From IMG/VR virus record IMGVR_UViG_3300042988_000456, positions 236 to 64,235 of that record: a DNA stretch of 64,000 nucleotides, one strand, 5' to 3'. Both the position numbers and the translations under genes were made by a program. How positions within the stretch are numbered: position 1 is the first letter of the stretch; each line of letters opens with the position of its first letter. This document shows, one piece after another, positions 48,226-57,230 of the stretch. Under the pieces are notes generated by a model. The model had not been told where the DNA came from. It searched no databases and saw nothing but the letters and a program-made list of their open reading frames with translations. Source of the stretch: a virus. Taxonomy: Duplodnaviria > Caudoviricetes.

Positions 48226-48368
48226 GTTACTTCCCCTGTTGAGCAACACGGGCCAAGTTGCGACCCATCTGTTTCCGTTGCTCGTTGGTGGTTCCACCCT
48301 TGGTGCCGCCAGATGGCTTTCCGCCGTTCTGGATGGGTTGCTTCTTGTCTGTAGCCATGAGAGACTCC

Positions 48369-48758
48369 TTAAGTTACCGAGATTGTAACGGTGCCGACTT
48401 GCGTTGTCGCCACCAGATTGTTAGGCGTTAAGCTGACATCAAAGAACCGCGAACCACCCACAGGTGCCCAACCCCACTGGATGTCTCGACTACCCTCGCC
48501 CGGGTATCCACTCGCCAACAGACCAGACGCAATATAGCTGCGATCTGGTCGTGGGTTGCGTAGTGCTTGCGGATCAAAGACAGGGTACATGCCAAGCTGC
48601 AGTTGCGGATGATCCTGCTCCCAGCATTCAGGGCACACCAACATGTTGATGTTCTTTGTCTTGATGACCAGTGCCTTGAGTTGCTTGAGCTTGTACCGAA
48701 AGCCACAGCGGTCACACTCCGCTATGGCAATCTTGCCAACCGCAAAACTATTGCTCAT
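48369..48758 (-). CDS. Conserved zinc-finger protein
   Basis: CDRCG...VCPECW...HPQL...DPQALRNPRPD. Confidence 0.7.
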   Translation of the reverse strand: MSNSFAVGKIAIAECDRCGFRYKLKQLKALVIKTKNINMLVCPECWEQDHPQLQLGMYPVFDPQALRNPRPDRSYIASGLLASGYPGEGSRDIQWGWAPVGGSRFFDVSLTPNNLVATTQVGTVTISVT

Positions 48759-49444
48759 ACAAACATCTGCCTTGGAACAAACCGAACAGGAGCCTTCTCC
48801 CGGTCTTCGCCTGCGGCGAAATCCATCTGCTCATCGTACACAGCTTTGAGCATCTGCACACGATCCGAAAGCTCCGGCGTCTTTAGCGCAAGGTGGTAAG
48901 CCAAGCCAGCCACCAAGGCTGGCAGGAACCTGAATTGCACATCTGCAGTTTCCGCACCATCACCAGCATCCTGAATCCTGCGCAGTCTCCAATAGCGCAA
49001 GACATACATGTTGTCTTGATCCGGCACAGGCCACACCGTGACACGGGGTGCATCACGCAGACGCTGCACCCACAGTTGAATCGGGCGAGCCTGCGTCAAC
49101 TTGTTGGGGATGCTGGAGTACGTTGAAACACTGATGCGGGAGATGGTCAGGTCTGCCTGCGTTGCAGAGTTTCCGCTGCCTGTGCGGATGACATGATCCA
49201 GCAAATCAATGGTATCGGAGGGAAGGTCGTAGGTGGCAGTTCCCTGTACCAAATTGACACTTCCTTCTTCAATCGTCCACATGTTGATGCCACGGTTCTG
49301 CCACTCAATGGTCATCAAGTTCATTGATCGACGCGCAGTGCGAAGGTCGTAGCCAGTCCTCAACTCCTTGCCCGCACGTTCCCATGCCTCTTCGGCAATG
49401 TCGGTGAAGTCAAGATTGAAGGTGGTGGTGCCGGATGTGGTCAT
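48755..49444 (-). CDS. Head-completion / adaptor protein (P22 gp4-like position)
   Basis: ARRSMNLM..EWQNRG.N.W, WPVPD, RFLPALVAGLAY. Confidence 0.7.
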   Translation of the reverse strand: MTTSGTTTFNLDFTDIAEEAWERAGKELRTGYDLRTARRSMNLMTIEWQNRGINMWTIEEGSVNLVQGTATYDLPSDTIDLLDHVIRTGSGNSATQADLTISRISVSTYSSIPNKLTQARPIQLWVQRLRDAPRVTVWPVPDQDNMYVLRYWRLRRIQDAGDGAETADVQFRFLPALVAGLAYHLALKTPELSDRVQMLKAVYDEQMDFAAGEDREKAPVRFVPRQMFV

Positions 49445-49450
49445 GGTGTT

Positions 49451-50317
49451 TTACCGAAACCCATTAGGAGGTTGGCCTTGCGTTGTGGAGCCTGTTGCAC
49501 CGCCGCCAAACAAAGAAGCACCACCCCATCCACCAACACCTTGTGCTGCAGGTGCGGCACCGGTTTGTCCCCAAGGGGCTGGGCCAGCCATGCTGGGTGC
49601 GGCAGGATAGCCGCCTGAGTTTTGCATGGCTTGGGCACCAAGCTGCGCAAAAGGAGACTGCGCACCAGCCAAGCTGGAACCAAGTGGCTGGGCTTGTCCA
49701 ATTTGTTGTGCTTGACCCACTTGAGGTGCCTGCCCCATCTGCGATGTTGGGATAGCTTGACCTGATATTGGAATTGCCTGACCAATAGACGGGGCTACAC
49801 CCAAGGTGTTTTGTCTGGGCAGCATTCCACCCTGAGTTGGCAATGGCGCTGGTCTACCGCCAAATGGCTGCTGCACTTGCGGCCTATCCATGCCACCCAT
49901 GCTGGGATCAAGTTGCTGTCTTTGCGCTGCGTCCATTGCGTTGGATGATCCTGCGGAGCCAAGGGAAAGTTCTTGCTTCCGAGCCATTAAAGCCTGCAAT
50001 CCAGCGTTGGCTGGCACATTGTATCCAGCGTTGTCTGACTGCATAGCGTACTTCATTTTGTCAAATTCAGATAGCGGCGTTTGCATTCCGGCCTGCATTG
50101 GCGACATTGGTGGTTGACCACCTTTCATGCCGTCTAGCTGGCTTTGCTGTTTGCGCATGTCATTGATGTTCTGTGCAGAGGGCCTGCTTGCGGCCTGTGC
50201 CCGCTGTTTTTGCTGGCGCTGCAACATGCGGTGATATGCGGGAAACCGTTGTGCAGCAGTTTGCTGCCCAGCAACGGGCGTCATGTTGGGGTTAGGAGGT
50301 ACTGGAGGCATGATCAT
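49451..50317 (-). CDS. Low-complexity Q/P/G/M-rich protein
   Basis: Long open frame with GQAxP repeats; start uncertain. Confidence 0.5.
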   Translation of the reverse strand: MIMPPVPPNPNMTPVAGQQTAAQRFPAYHRMLQRQQKQRAQAASRPSAQNINDMRKQQSQLDGMKGGQPPMSPMQAGMQTPLSEFDKMKYAMQSDNAGYNVPANAGLQALMARKQELSLGSAGSSNAMDAAQRQQLDPSMGGMDRPQVQQPFGGRPAPLPTQGGMLPRQNTLGVAPSIGQAIPISGQAIPTSQMGQAPQVGQAQQIGQAQPLGSSLAGAQSPFAQLGAQAMQNSGGYPAAPSMAGPAPWGQTGAAPAAQGVGGWGGASLFGGGATGSTTQGQPPNGFR

Positions 50318-50446
50318 TTTTCCTTCGTGTCTTGCGTTTAGGGGGGGCTCCACCGTTGGTCAATGTCGCAGCAGGGAACAAGGACTTGGCCTTGCGGGCC
50401 TTGGGAATCTTGTCGGGGTTAATCACCCCCATGCCGCGACTTGATC

Positions 50447-51424
50447 TCATACAATTTTGGCAGAGCGAGCGCCCCGTGCTTTGCCCCAGCCGCGCACAGC
50501 GCCACCTTTAGCAAATGCTTGAGACTTGATGGAGCCGCCTTTCTTTTTGCCAAGGGCACCGCGAGGGCCGGCAGACCAAGCTTCACGATCCATGACGGCA
50601 TCACGCTCCACTTTGCCCTTAGGGCCAGCAGCCCAAGACGCCTTGTTGGTAACGCTTTCACGCCCTGCAGACGGCACTTCTTCTTCAGGTTTTGTGCGTT
50701 TAAATGTTCCCGGCTTCTTTGCGCCGGTAGAGGGTGTTTCAACGAACTTGCGGGCTTTGGGCGTCACATCCGTCACATCTGCTTTGGGAGCAGGTAGTTG
50801 ACGGGGTGGAGCGGGAAGCTCTTTACCTTTGCCAACAGTGGTGCCAATGCGCTTGGCGCTTTCGTAACCGATCTCAGGAGAGCCGCGACGAACCATTTCC
50901 TCTGCGCTGGATTTCGCACCACGCTGCAGAAGCTTCTTGGCACCAAACAGACCAAGGCCAGCACCCACAGCGCCCAGTGCAACTTTACCAGCCGCCTTTA
51001 ATGGGCCACCAATGAAATCTGCCGACATATTCTCCAACCCCGGTTCTTCTGCGGGACGGCTGTAGTCCGTGCGCTTGTAGCTCTCAGAGTTGTTGAGGGC
51101 GCGGCGGTCTGATGTAGGCGTCACAGTGTCTGGATTGACACTGCCACGACCAGCACCTGCAGAGCGTGTGGCCTTGGATGTAGACGGCTTGGATGTGGCT
51201 TGCTTGGCAAGCCATGCCATTGCACGGGAGCGTGTGTCATCACCAATGTTGGAATTTCGTCCTTCGGTGACTTCTCCTTCGTCATCACCGCCACGCAGGC
51301 GATTCAATGTGCGAATGGGATCATCAGACTGCTCTGCCTTGACCTGATCAACTGTCTTGTCATCGTCAATGGTTTCGCCGCCGTCAGAGAATTTGCGCAT
51401 CTTGCGCTTGTATGTTGTTGCCAT
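50447..51424 (-). CDS. Charged, probably disordered virion-associated protein
   Basis: FSDGG, KKGG and FAKGG motifs; basic C-terminus. Confidence 0.6.
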   Translation of the reverse strand: MATTYKRKMRKFSDGGETIDDDKTVDQVKAEQSDDPIRTLNRLRGGDDEGEVTEGRNSNIGDDTRSRAMAWLAKQATSKPSTSKATRSAGAGRGSVNPDTVTPTSDRRALNNSESYKRTDYSRPAEEPGLENMSADFIGGPLKAAGKVALGAVGAGLGLFGAKKLLQRGAKSSAEEMVRRGSPEIGYESAKRIGTTVGKGKELPAPPRQLPAPKADVTDVTPKARKFVETPSTGAKKPGTFKRTKPEEEVPSAGRESVTNKASWAAGPKGKVERDAVMDREAWSAGPRGALGKKKGGSIKSQAFAKGGAVRGWGKARGARSAKIV

Positions 51425-51628
51425 TTAAACAAACCTGCCTTTCGTCTTGCCACGTTGCTCACATCCGCTGCCGCGAACACTGCCGCCCTTGGCATACTTC
51501 TTCGGCTTGGATACGGGTTCATCCACAGGCACAGAGTCTGTGTAAACGGATGTCTTTGCTTTGGATGTCTTGGATTTTGCTACAGGCTCATCAACCGGTG
51601 TAGCGCCGGGGTACTTGTAATCAGCCAT
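51425..51628 (-). CDS. Small basic protein
   Basis: YAKGGSVRGSGCEQRGKTKGRFV. Confidence 0.6.
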   Translation of the reverse strand: MADYKYPGATPVDEPVAKSKTSKAKTSVYTDSVPVDEPVSKPKKYAKGGSVRGSGCEQRGKTKGRFV

Positions 51629-51813
51629 CAGCACATCCCGCCTTTCTTCATCTTGATCTGCGTTCCTTTGGTCTTGCCGCGAATGGCAATACCGTCGATC
51701 TTTCCGCCTTTGGCGTAACCCTTGGCTTCAGCCATTTCTTCCTTCACCATCTTCTTGGGCAGACCAGCCTTCGCCATTGCTTTGGCGTGACGCATTTCCA
51801 TTTTCTTGTCCAT
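51628..51813 (-). CDS. Small K/M-rich basic protein
   Basis: YAKGGKIDGIAIRGKTKG...MKKGGMC. Confidence 0.6.
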   Translation of the reverse strand: MDKKMEMRHAKAMAKAGLPKKMVKEEMAEAKGYAKGGKIDGIAIRGKTKGTQIKMKKGGMC

Positions 51814-51832
51814 AGTTACACCACCTTTTGAG

Positions 51833-52078
51833 TTAACAGTTCCATGCCCGAAGGCTTTTGTTGATGCGGCTGTTCGGGTCTTTCTTGGCCTTCTCGCCGG
51901 TCAGCTTCTCTTTCATGCCTGACATTCGGGCACAGAATGAGTCTTTACGTTTGCCACCCTCTGGTTGCGGTGGCTTCAGATTCATGCCTTGCTTTTTGGC
52001 AGAAGCGCGACCTTTGGCATTGAGTCCGCCAGACTCCGCTTTGCCCTCTTTCCTTTGCCACGCTGGTGTTTTAGACAT
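51833..52078 (-). CDS. Conserved small basic phage protein
   Basis: AWQRKEGK...GGLNAKGRAS...RKDSFCARM...LRAWNC. Confidence 0.65.
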   Translation of the reverse strand: MSKTPAWQRKEGKAESGGLNAKGRASAKKQGMNLKPPQPEGGKRKDSFCARMSGMKEKLTGEKAKKDPNSRINKSLRAWNC

Positions 52079-52135
52079 GATCAAACCTCAGTAAAGCCCA
52101 AGCTGCGTACACAACGATTAACCAGAATAGGAGCG

Positions 52136-54250
52136 TCATGTTGATAGCGCCGTCAAAGTGGTTTCAGGCAATCGCGTGTTGTAATACTGGATGCGGCGGA
52201 TGTGTCCAGATGAAACGCCCGTTGCAACAATCCTTGAGCAACCAATCATCATATTGTCTGCCACTGGAATTGCGGTCGATGTGTCTGCTATTTGCAAATT
52301 ACCGTTGGCTGCAATATTGGTGTTGTTCACTATGTAAGCAAAGGCTGCTTTGCCAATACCTGTCGATGTAGTCGTGGACGTTGTAGCGGTAGCGGTTGTT
52401 ACGTTTGCGTTGATCACACGGTACACAGCAGTTCCATTGGCGTTAACGTTTATGTCCATAACGTCGTTTACGCCGCTTCCTGCTCTTGTGGTCAGTATGC
52501 AAGCACCAGACGGATTGATACTGTCACCCTCCACCACAAACGTCCCTTCCGTCTGGTTGTACCAAGAACTGAAGTTGGTTCCCGTCATGTTTGCAGTATC
52601 GGCTGCACGGGTGACTGCGGTGGTAGTTGTGTAAATGAACGATGTTGCAAACGTAGCGGAACCCATCGCGGCAGTAGACTCAAATTGACCACCCCAACGG
52701 AGGTATGAAGTGTTTGCTGAATTTGTCGGGGCGCGGGTATCGGAAATTGATGTGATTGGCGTAGTTACTACCAGAGCGCCAGCAGCAGTTGCGGAGGCGA
52801 CATAGCTGAATCCGCACCGATACCAACCACCGCCTACTGAAGTGCAAAAGTTGCTGCTTGCCACAATCCCTGCACCCGCAGTCATCGCTCCAGTTGACAG
52901 GTTGTAGTTGCAGTAAACAGTCGCACCAGAGTGGGCCGAAGCACAATACAACTGCACAAGCGAACCTGTGCCTGCTTTCAAGAAAACACTTACCGTGTAG
53001 GTGTTTAAAGCTGTAGGCGTTGCAGTACCTTGGAAGACATAGTGCTGACCGCTAGTCCCGTCTGCAAGAATTGTGTACGCAGTCGTTGTGCCGTCAGGAG
53101 CTACTGCATTCTGAGTTTGCGTATCGCCAATAACACCTTCGTTGTAAGCAACCCCATTCGTTTCATTGTTGACTCTGCTTTCCTCAACCAGAAAGCCTTT
53201 GGGCGTGAAGGTGACTTCTTGGACTGTGATGTCGAAGTATTTTCCAGCATTGGCTCCGGGCGTTCCGCTCTCTTGAATGACAAGTGCAGATGCAGTCGCA
53301 CGGATAGTTCCTGTATACGTTACACCGGCACTCCATGTGCTGCCCTTAACGACTGAACCTCCCACAGACAGTTGCGCCCCTGTTGCCGTAGTGGTACAGC
53401 TTGCAGTCCATTCGTAGGTCTTGCCTACCTGTATCTGAGGGGCGCTATAGCTGCCAATCATCAAGCCAAAAGCACCAACAGAAAGGGTTGGGCCAGTTCC
53501 GTAAGTCCATAAATTTGAACCTGTCACACCAGCGGGAGATGTGGGGTCGTAGTCAAAACGTGGGCCAGATGTGGACACGGTGGTGGTTGGTGCGTAGCTT
53601 GTAAACGTGGAGCCAACCTCAAGCTGCGGCTGCGACACCGTCACGTCCTGCGTAGTGTTGCTACTGACACCTGCTCCAATACGGAACGTAACCGTACCAG
53701 CCACTGTCATCGTTAAATACACCGACACCCTGCATGGAGCAGTAAGCACGGTGCTTAAATTGGCGGCTGCGCCATTCACCAAGTACCCGGAGCCTGTAAA
53801 CGTGCCGGTTCCAACCACCAAGCCAATCACATCTCCGACAGTCGCAGAAGTCCCTATGGCAACTATTTGAACGCTCCATACATACGCACCAAGCCCCAGT
53901 GTGGGTGTTTGCGTCAAGATGCCACGGGAGGTTGCGGTCTGTACGCGCACCGACATATCCGAGTATGTCAGTGTGGTGTTGGTAAATGTGCCGCCCCAGC
54001 CAGTAGGAGAAGTAGCGCCAGAACCTCCAACGCCACTGGTACCACCCGCCAAAACAGAGTTGGTAATGAGGTTGATACCCGCCACTTCCAAAAGACCGTC
54101 CGGGCCAAAGAAAGTTGCGCAAGCAGTGGAATCTGCGCGTGTAAACGTGATGCGCTCATCCAAGGATGTCGCACCGGCAAAAGCCAAGTCCAAAGCCGCC
54201 GATAGCGGCGTCTGCGGTTTAGTCAGTGTCGATGCGAATCCAAAGGACAT
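52136..54250 (-). CDS. Head spike fibre protein
   Basis: LDLAFA...ITFTRA...PRFDY...GFLVEESR...TRAAD...EGTFVV; downstream of the spike base; resembles RcGTA head-spike organisation. Confidence 0.7.
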   Translation of the reverse strand: MSFGFASTLTKPQTPLSAALDLAFAGATSLDERITFTRADSTACATFFGPDGLLEVAGINLITNSVLAGGTSGVGGSGATSPTGWGGTFTNTTLTYSDMSVRVQTATSRGILTQTPTLGLGAYVWSVQIVAIGTSATVGDVIGLVVGTGTFTGSGYLVNGAAANLSTVLTAPCRVSVYLTMTVAGTVTFRIGAGVSSNTTQDVTVSQPQLEVGSTFTSYAPTTTVSTSGPRFDYDPTSPAGVTGSNLWTYGTGPTLSVGAFGLMIGSYSAPQIQVGKTYEWTASCTTTATGAQLSVGGSVVKGSTWSAGVTYTGTIRATASALVIQESGTPGANAGKYFDITVQEVTFTPKGFLVEESRVNNETNGVAYNEGVIGDTQTQNAVAPDGTTTAYTILADGTSGQHYVFQGTATPTALNTYTVSVFLKAGTGSLVQLYCASAHSGATVYCNYNLSTGAMTAGAGIVASSNFCTSVGGGWYRCGFSYVASATAAGALVVTTPITSISDTRAPTNSANTSYLRWGGQFESTAAMGSATFATSFIYTTTTAVTRAADTANMTGTNFSSWYNQTEGTFVVEGDSINPSGACILTTRAGSGVNDVMDINVNANGTAVYRVINANVTTATATTSTTTSTGIGKAAFAYIVNNTNIAANGNLQIADTSTAIPVADNMMIGCSRIVATGVSSGHIRRIQYYNTRLPETTLTALST

Positions 54251-54510
54251 TAGAACACCCGTGTCATCAAAGTTGCAGTGGTGTTGGTGGTGAACACCCG
54301 CAGAACCTGTACGGGGATCGCCGTACCTGCCAGCACGTTGTAGAAAATCACATCGTCCCCTTGGGCAGTCAGAACCCGGACGTTACCACCACCGCCAACA
54401 TACACAACCGAAGCTGTACTGAAGTTGGAGGAAGATGTGTCGCCCGTAGTGACGGCGGCAGCACTGCCGGGATACATGGGGAACGTGGGGCTATAGTTGG
54501 TCTTTGCCAT
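54250..54510 (-). CDS. Head spike base protein (RcGTA Rcc01079-like)
   Basis: VYVGGGGNVRV...G..V.F.NV.AG..IPVQV.RV..T.TTAT. Confidence 0.7.
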   Translation of the reverse strand: MAKTNYSPTFPMYPGSAAAVTTGDTSSSNFSTASVVYVGGGGNVRVLTAQGDDVIFYNVLAGTAIPVQVLRVFTTNTTATLMTRVF

Positions 54511-54520
54511 GCAATGCTCC

Positions 54521-54546
54521 TAAAAAACTAGGGGCCGAAGCCCCAT
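54521..54546 (-). terminator. Intrinsic terminator
   Basis: Minus strand GGGGC-TTCG-GCCCC followed by TAGTTTTTT. Confidence 0.8.
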
Positions 54547-54549
54547 CCA

Positions 54550-55047
54550 TTAAGGAGTGTTGGTGTAAGTACCGTCAGCGTTGCGGACGATGTACTCAAC
54601 AGTCACGACGATTGCACCAGCGGCAGCGTTACCTGTTGCAGCGGTGAATGTGCCGTAGATGTTTACATCAGAGGTGCCGATGTTGTTGGTCTGGGCAACT
54701 TGCGTTGCCGTATCGATGGTTGCTTGAGCAACCTTACCAACGGTGGCGCCAGTGTTGAATGTGGTGACATACTTGTTGGATGTGCCGGAGTCACCGATCA
54801 CCAAGCCGCAGTTTGTGGCTGTGGTCAGGGCGGTAACAACTTCCACGTTGAAACGGATGATCTTCGATCCAGCCGGAAGCGCAAACATCAACTGCGCTGT
54901 GGGGGATGTCAAAATGACCGTGGACGGCGCTGTGTACGACTGAGAAACAGTTGTAGCGCCAACGTTGCGGACGGTTCCAGTAGCGGTTCCGGTTGTGTCT
55001 TTGACTGTACCAAGCAGCCAAGGGCCGAGGTGCGTAGCAATACCCAT
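54550..55047 (-). CDS. Capsid decoration / minor capsid protein
   Basis: Thr-rich beta protein (LPAGSKI...VTVEY) directly after the capsid gene. Confidence 0.6.
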   Translation of the reverse strand: MGIATHLGPWLLGTVKDTTGTATGTVRNVGATTVSQSYTAPSTVILTSPTAQLMFALPAGSKIIRFNVEVVTALTTATNCGLVIGDSGTSNKYVTTFNTGATVGKVAQATIDTATQVAQTNNIGTSDVNIYGTFTAATGNAAAGAIVVTVEYIVRNADGTYTNTP

Positions 55048-55129
55048 GATTAACTCCTACATTGAAGCTCTGCAATCTCGTAGGGAAGTCTGCCGGGACA
55101 GTTTGCAAAGCCGGAAAACCCGGTGACTG

Positions 55130-55158
55130 TTTATACCACTTTGTTTAAACCACTTCAA
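55130..55158 (-). promoter_or_regulatory. sigma70-like promoter with GTTTAAAC in its spacer
   Basis: Minus strand TTGAAG-tggtttaaacaaagtgg (17 nt)-TATAAA. Confidence 0.5.
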
Positions 55159-55159
55159 T

Positions 55160-55188
55160 AAAAAAGGCTCCCGGTGGGGAGCCTTTTT
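55160..55188. terminator. Bidirectional intrinsic terminator after the capsid gene
   Basis: aaaaaaggctccc-ggtg-gggagccttttt. Confidence 0.85.
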
Positions 55189-55201
55189 ACTGCGTCACAG
55201 G

Positions 55202-56131
55202 TTATGCACCTTGTGAACCCCACATGCCGAGGGGATCAGACCAGCCGAAGCTGTAACGCTCACGGGCTTTGTAGCGAACATTGCCTGTGTCGAAGTCGCC
55301 GTCCATACCGGTGGTCATGGGGGCACGAACAAAGTGCTTCAGACCATTGGGAACGTCAGTGGTCAGATACCAGCCGTTGGTGTCAGTCAAGAAGTGGTTG
55401 ACTGTGTAGCCTTCGGGGATCGAACCGTTGTTCTTGATGGCGTTGATGTCGTTGTCGGTAGTTCCAACACGCAGGTTGGTTTCCAACAGACGGGTAGCAA
55501 CGAACATCAAGTTCGGCGGAATCACCAGCTTGCGCGGCTTGGCTGCGATCAGCAGACCCTTCTCATCTGTCCATGCTGCGATCTGAATCACAGCGGCTTC
55601 CAGAGAGGTTTCGTTCAGGTCAACACCAGTGGCGGGGCTGTTGTAGTTAACAGAGCCATTCACCATTGTGTGGCCTACACGGCTACCACCAGAAGAGATG
55701 CCGAACAGCGATACACCGTCGCCACCGAGGTAGCTTTGGCTAAAGCCGTTGTTCAGCACTGCAGCGCCCTTTACCTGCTTGGTATAGGACATCGCACGGG
55801 CCAGAGCCTTGGTGTAGCGGGCGGACAAGCTGTCATACAGATTGTCTTCCACGGCTTCTTCAGTGATGCTGAAGCCAAGAGCAATGGTCTCATGGGTGTA
55901 CCGCGCAGTGAATGCTTCTTGAGCATTGTCATACGCAATAGCCTGACCTTCGTTCTTGACAGGAGCGGCACCAAAGCCAGCCAGCTTGGTTTCTTCTTCG
56001 AACGAACGCTCAGACGTTTCGGTCTCAAAGATTTCCTTATGCTCTTCGCCGTAACGCGAGTATTCCAAACCAAACAATGCGTTCAGTCCGGGGAGCAGTT
56101 CTTTCAGTAGTTGGGCACGAGAGATTGCCAT
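55202..56131 (-). CDS. Major capsid protein
   Basis: MAISRAQLLKELLPGLNALFGLEY...YKARERYSFGWSDP; position after the scaffold; strong terminator downstream. Confidence 0.9.
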   Translation of the reverse strand: MAISRAQLLKELLPGLNALFGLEYSRYGEEHKEIFETETSERSFEEETKLAGFGAAPVKNEGQAIAYDNAQEAFTARYTHETIALGFSITEEAVEDNLYDSLSARYTKALARAMSYTKQVKGAAVLNNGFSQSYLGGDGVSLFGISSGGSRVGHTMVNGSVNYNSPATGVDLNETSLEAAVIQIAAWTDEKGLLIAAKPRKLVIPPNLMFVATRLLETNLRVGTTDNDINAIKNNGSIPEGYTVNHFLTDTNGWYLTTDVPNGLKHFVRAPMTTGMDGDFDTGNVRYKARERYSFGWSDPLGMWGSQGA

Positions 56132-56144
56132 TTCAGTTTACTCC

Positions 56145-56768
56145 TTACAGACCAACGGCGTTGGTGTAGCTGTGATAGCCGGGGTTGAATTTCACAAGGA
56201 TGTCGGTGTAGGCATCGCCCACAGTCGAGAAACCTTGCATGTCCACAAATCCAACGATGCGGAAAGCAGCGGTGGTGGTTTGCGAAGTTGCGGAGACAGC
56301 CACGTTGCTGTTGCCGGTGGTGGTGGAACCAGTCGATGTGGACTGTGCGTTGGCAAAGAACACATTTTCGCCCAGCTTGGATTGGGCCACAGTGCCATTG
56401 GCCTGCACTTGGAAAATGGTATTTGGATCATCAACCACATATACCTTCACAACACCAGTGGTGCTTGCGGGGTAGTACTGCGACCAGATACGCTGACCTT
56501 GAGCATTTGTGTACTCGCAGCCAACAAACACGCCCAAGGCACCAGTCAGTGTGGTTCCTGCAGGGAATGCATTGGTTGTGCCGTCTGCACCAGTGGCAGT
56601 GGCGAGGTTAATGTAACCGGACGAGTTGAGGTAAACCACCGAACCATTGAAGATGTTGGTAGCGTAACCAGCCGGATCGATCAAGAAAGTGCGGGTGCTA
56701 CCAGCATAGGGTAGTCCGCCGATCTCATTTACGGGTTTCAAACCGTAGGGAGAAGCAGTAGATGCCAT
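56145..56768 (-). CDS. Capsid cement / decoration protein
   Basis: PYGLKPV...GVFVGCEY...VVDDP..IFQVQ; immediately upstream of the capsid gene. Confidence 0.65.
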   Translation of the reverse strand: MASTASPYGLKPVNEIGGLPYAGSTRTFLIDPAGYATNIFNGSVVYLNSSGYINLATATGADGTTNAFPAGTTLTGALGVFVGCEYTNAQGQRIWSQYYPASTTGVVKVYVVDDPNTIFQVQANGTVAQSKLGENVFFANAQSTSTGSTTTGNSNVAVSATSQTTTAAFRIVGFVDMQGFSTVGDAYTDILVKFNPGYHSYTNAVGL

Positions 56769-56780
56769 TTAAGGACTCCT

Positions 56781-57230
56781 TTATTTAGAACCTGAACCAA
56801 AACCGCCACGGGTCGCTGAAGACTTGCGGTCTGCAAACAACGGCATGCGCGGGTCATTTTGACGCATAAAGTTATTGTCCACCGACTCCATCTGATTGTT
56901 GTTTTGCCGCTGGTAGTACTCAGCAATGGCTTGTGCGCGTTCAGTGGGCATCTTGCAGAGCATGAGTCCACCAATCTCGACGTTGCCAGTCTTTTCGTTA
57001 CCTGTAAGCATCAACTCAGGATGGTCTTCCGCCTTCACCGGAACCCAGCCGTCACGCATCTTCTTGGAAACGTTGGTTGGGTCACTCTGGCCTAGGATGT
57101 GTGTAGCTACCCAGCGGAAGCTCCATCCCGGTATCGGAGTGGGGTCAGGCAAAGTGCTTGACGGTGTGTAAACAAAACGAGCAGTTTTGTCGCGGGTTTC
57201 AAGATCACGGGGTGTTTTATCAATAGCCAT
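56781..57230 (-). CDS. Conserved head-module protein
   Basis: FRWV...NVSKKMRDGW.PV...GGLMLCK.P. Confidence 0.65.
   Translation of the reverse strand: MAIDKTPRDLETRDKTARFVYTPSSTLPDPTPIPGWSFRWVATHILGQSDPTNVSKKMRDGWVPVKAEDHPELMLTGNEKTGNVEIGGLMLCKMPTERAQAIAEYYQRQNNNQMESVDNNFMRQNDPRMPLFADRKSSATRGGFGSGSK

Noticed and set aside
41248-54250. Diversity-generating retroelement acting on fibre genes
   Set aside because: No reverse transcriptase and no adenine-specific template/variable repeat pair seen.
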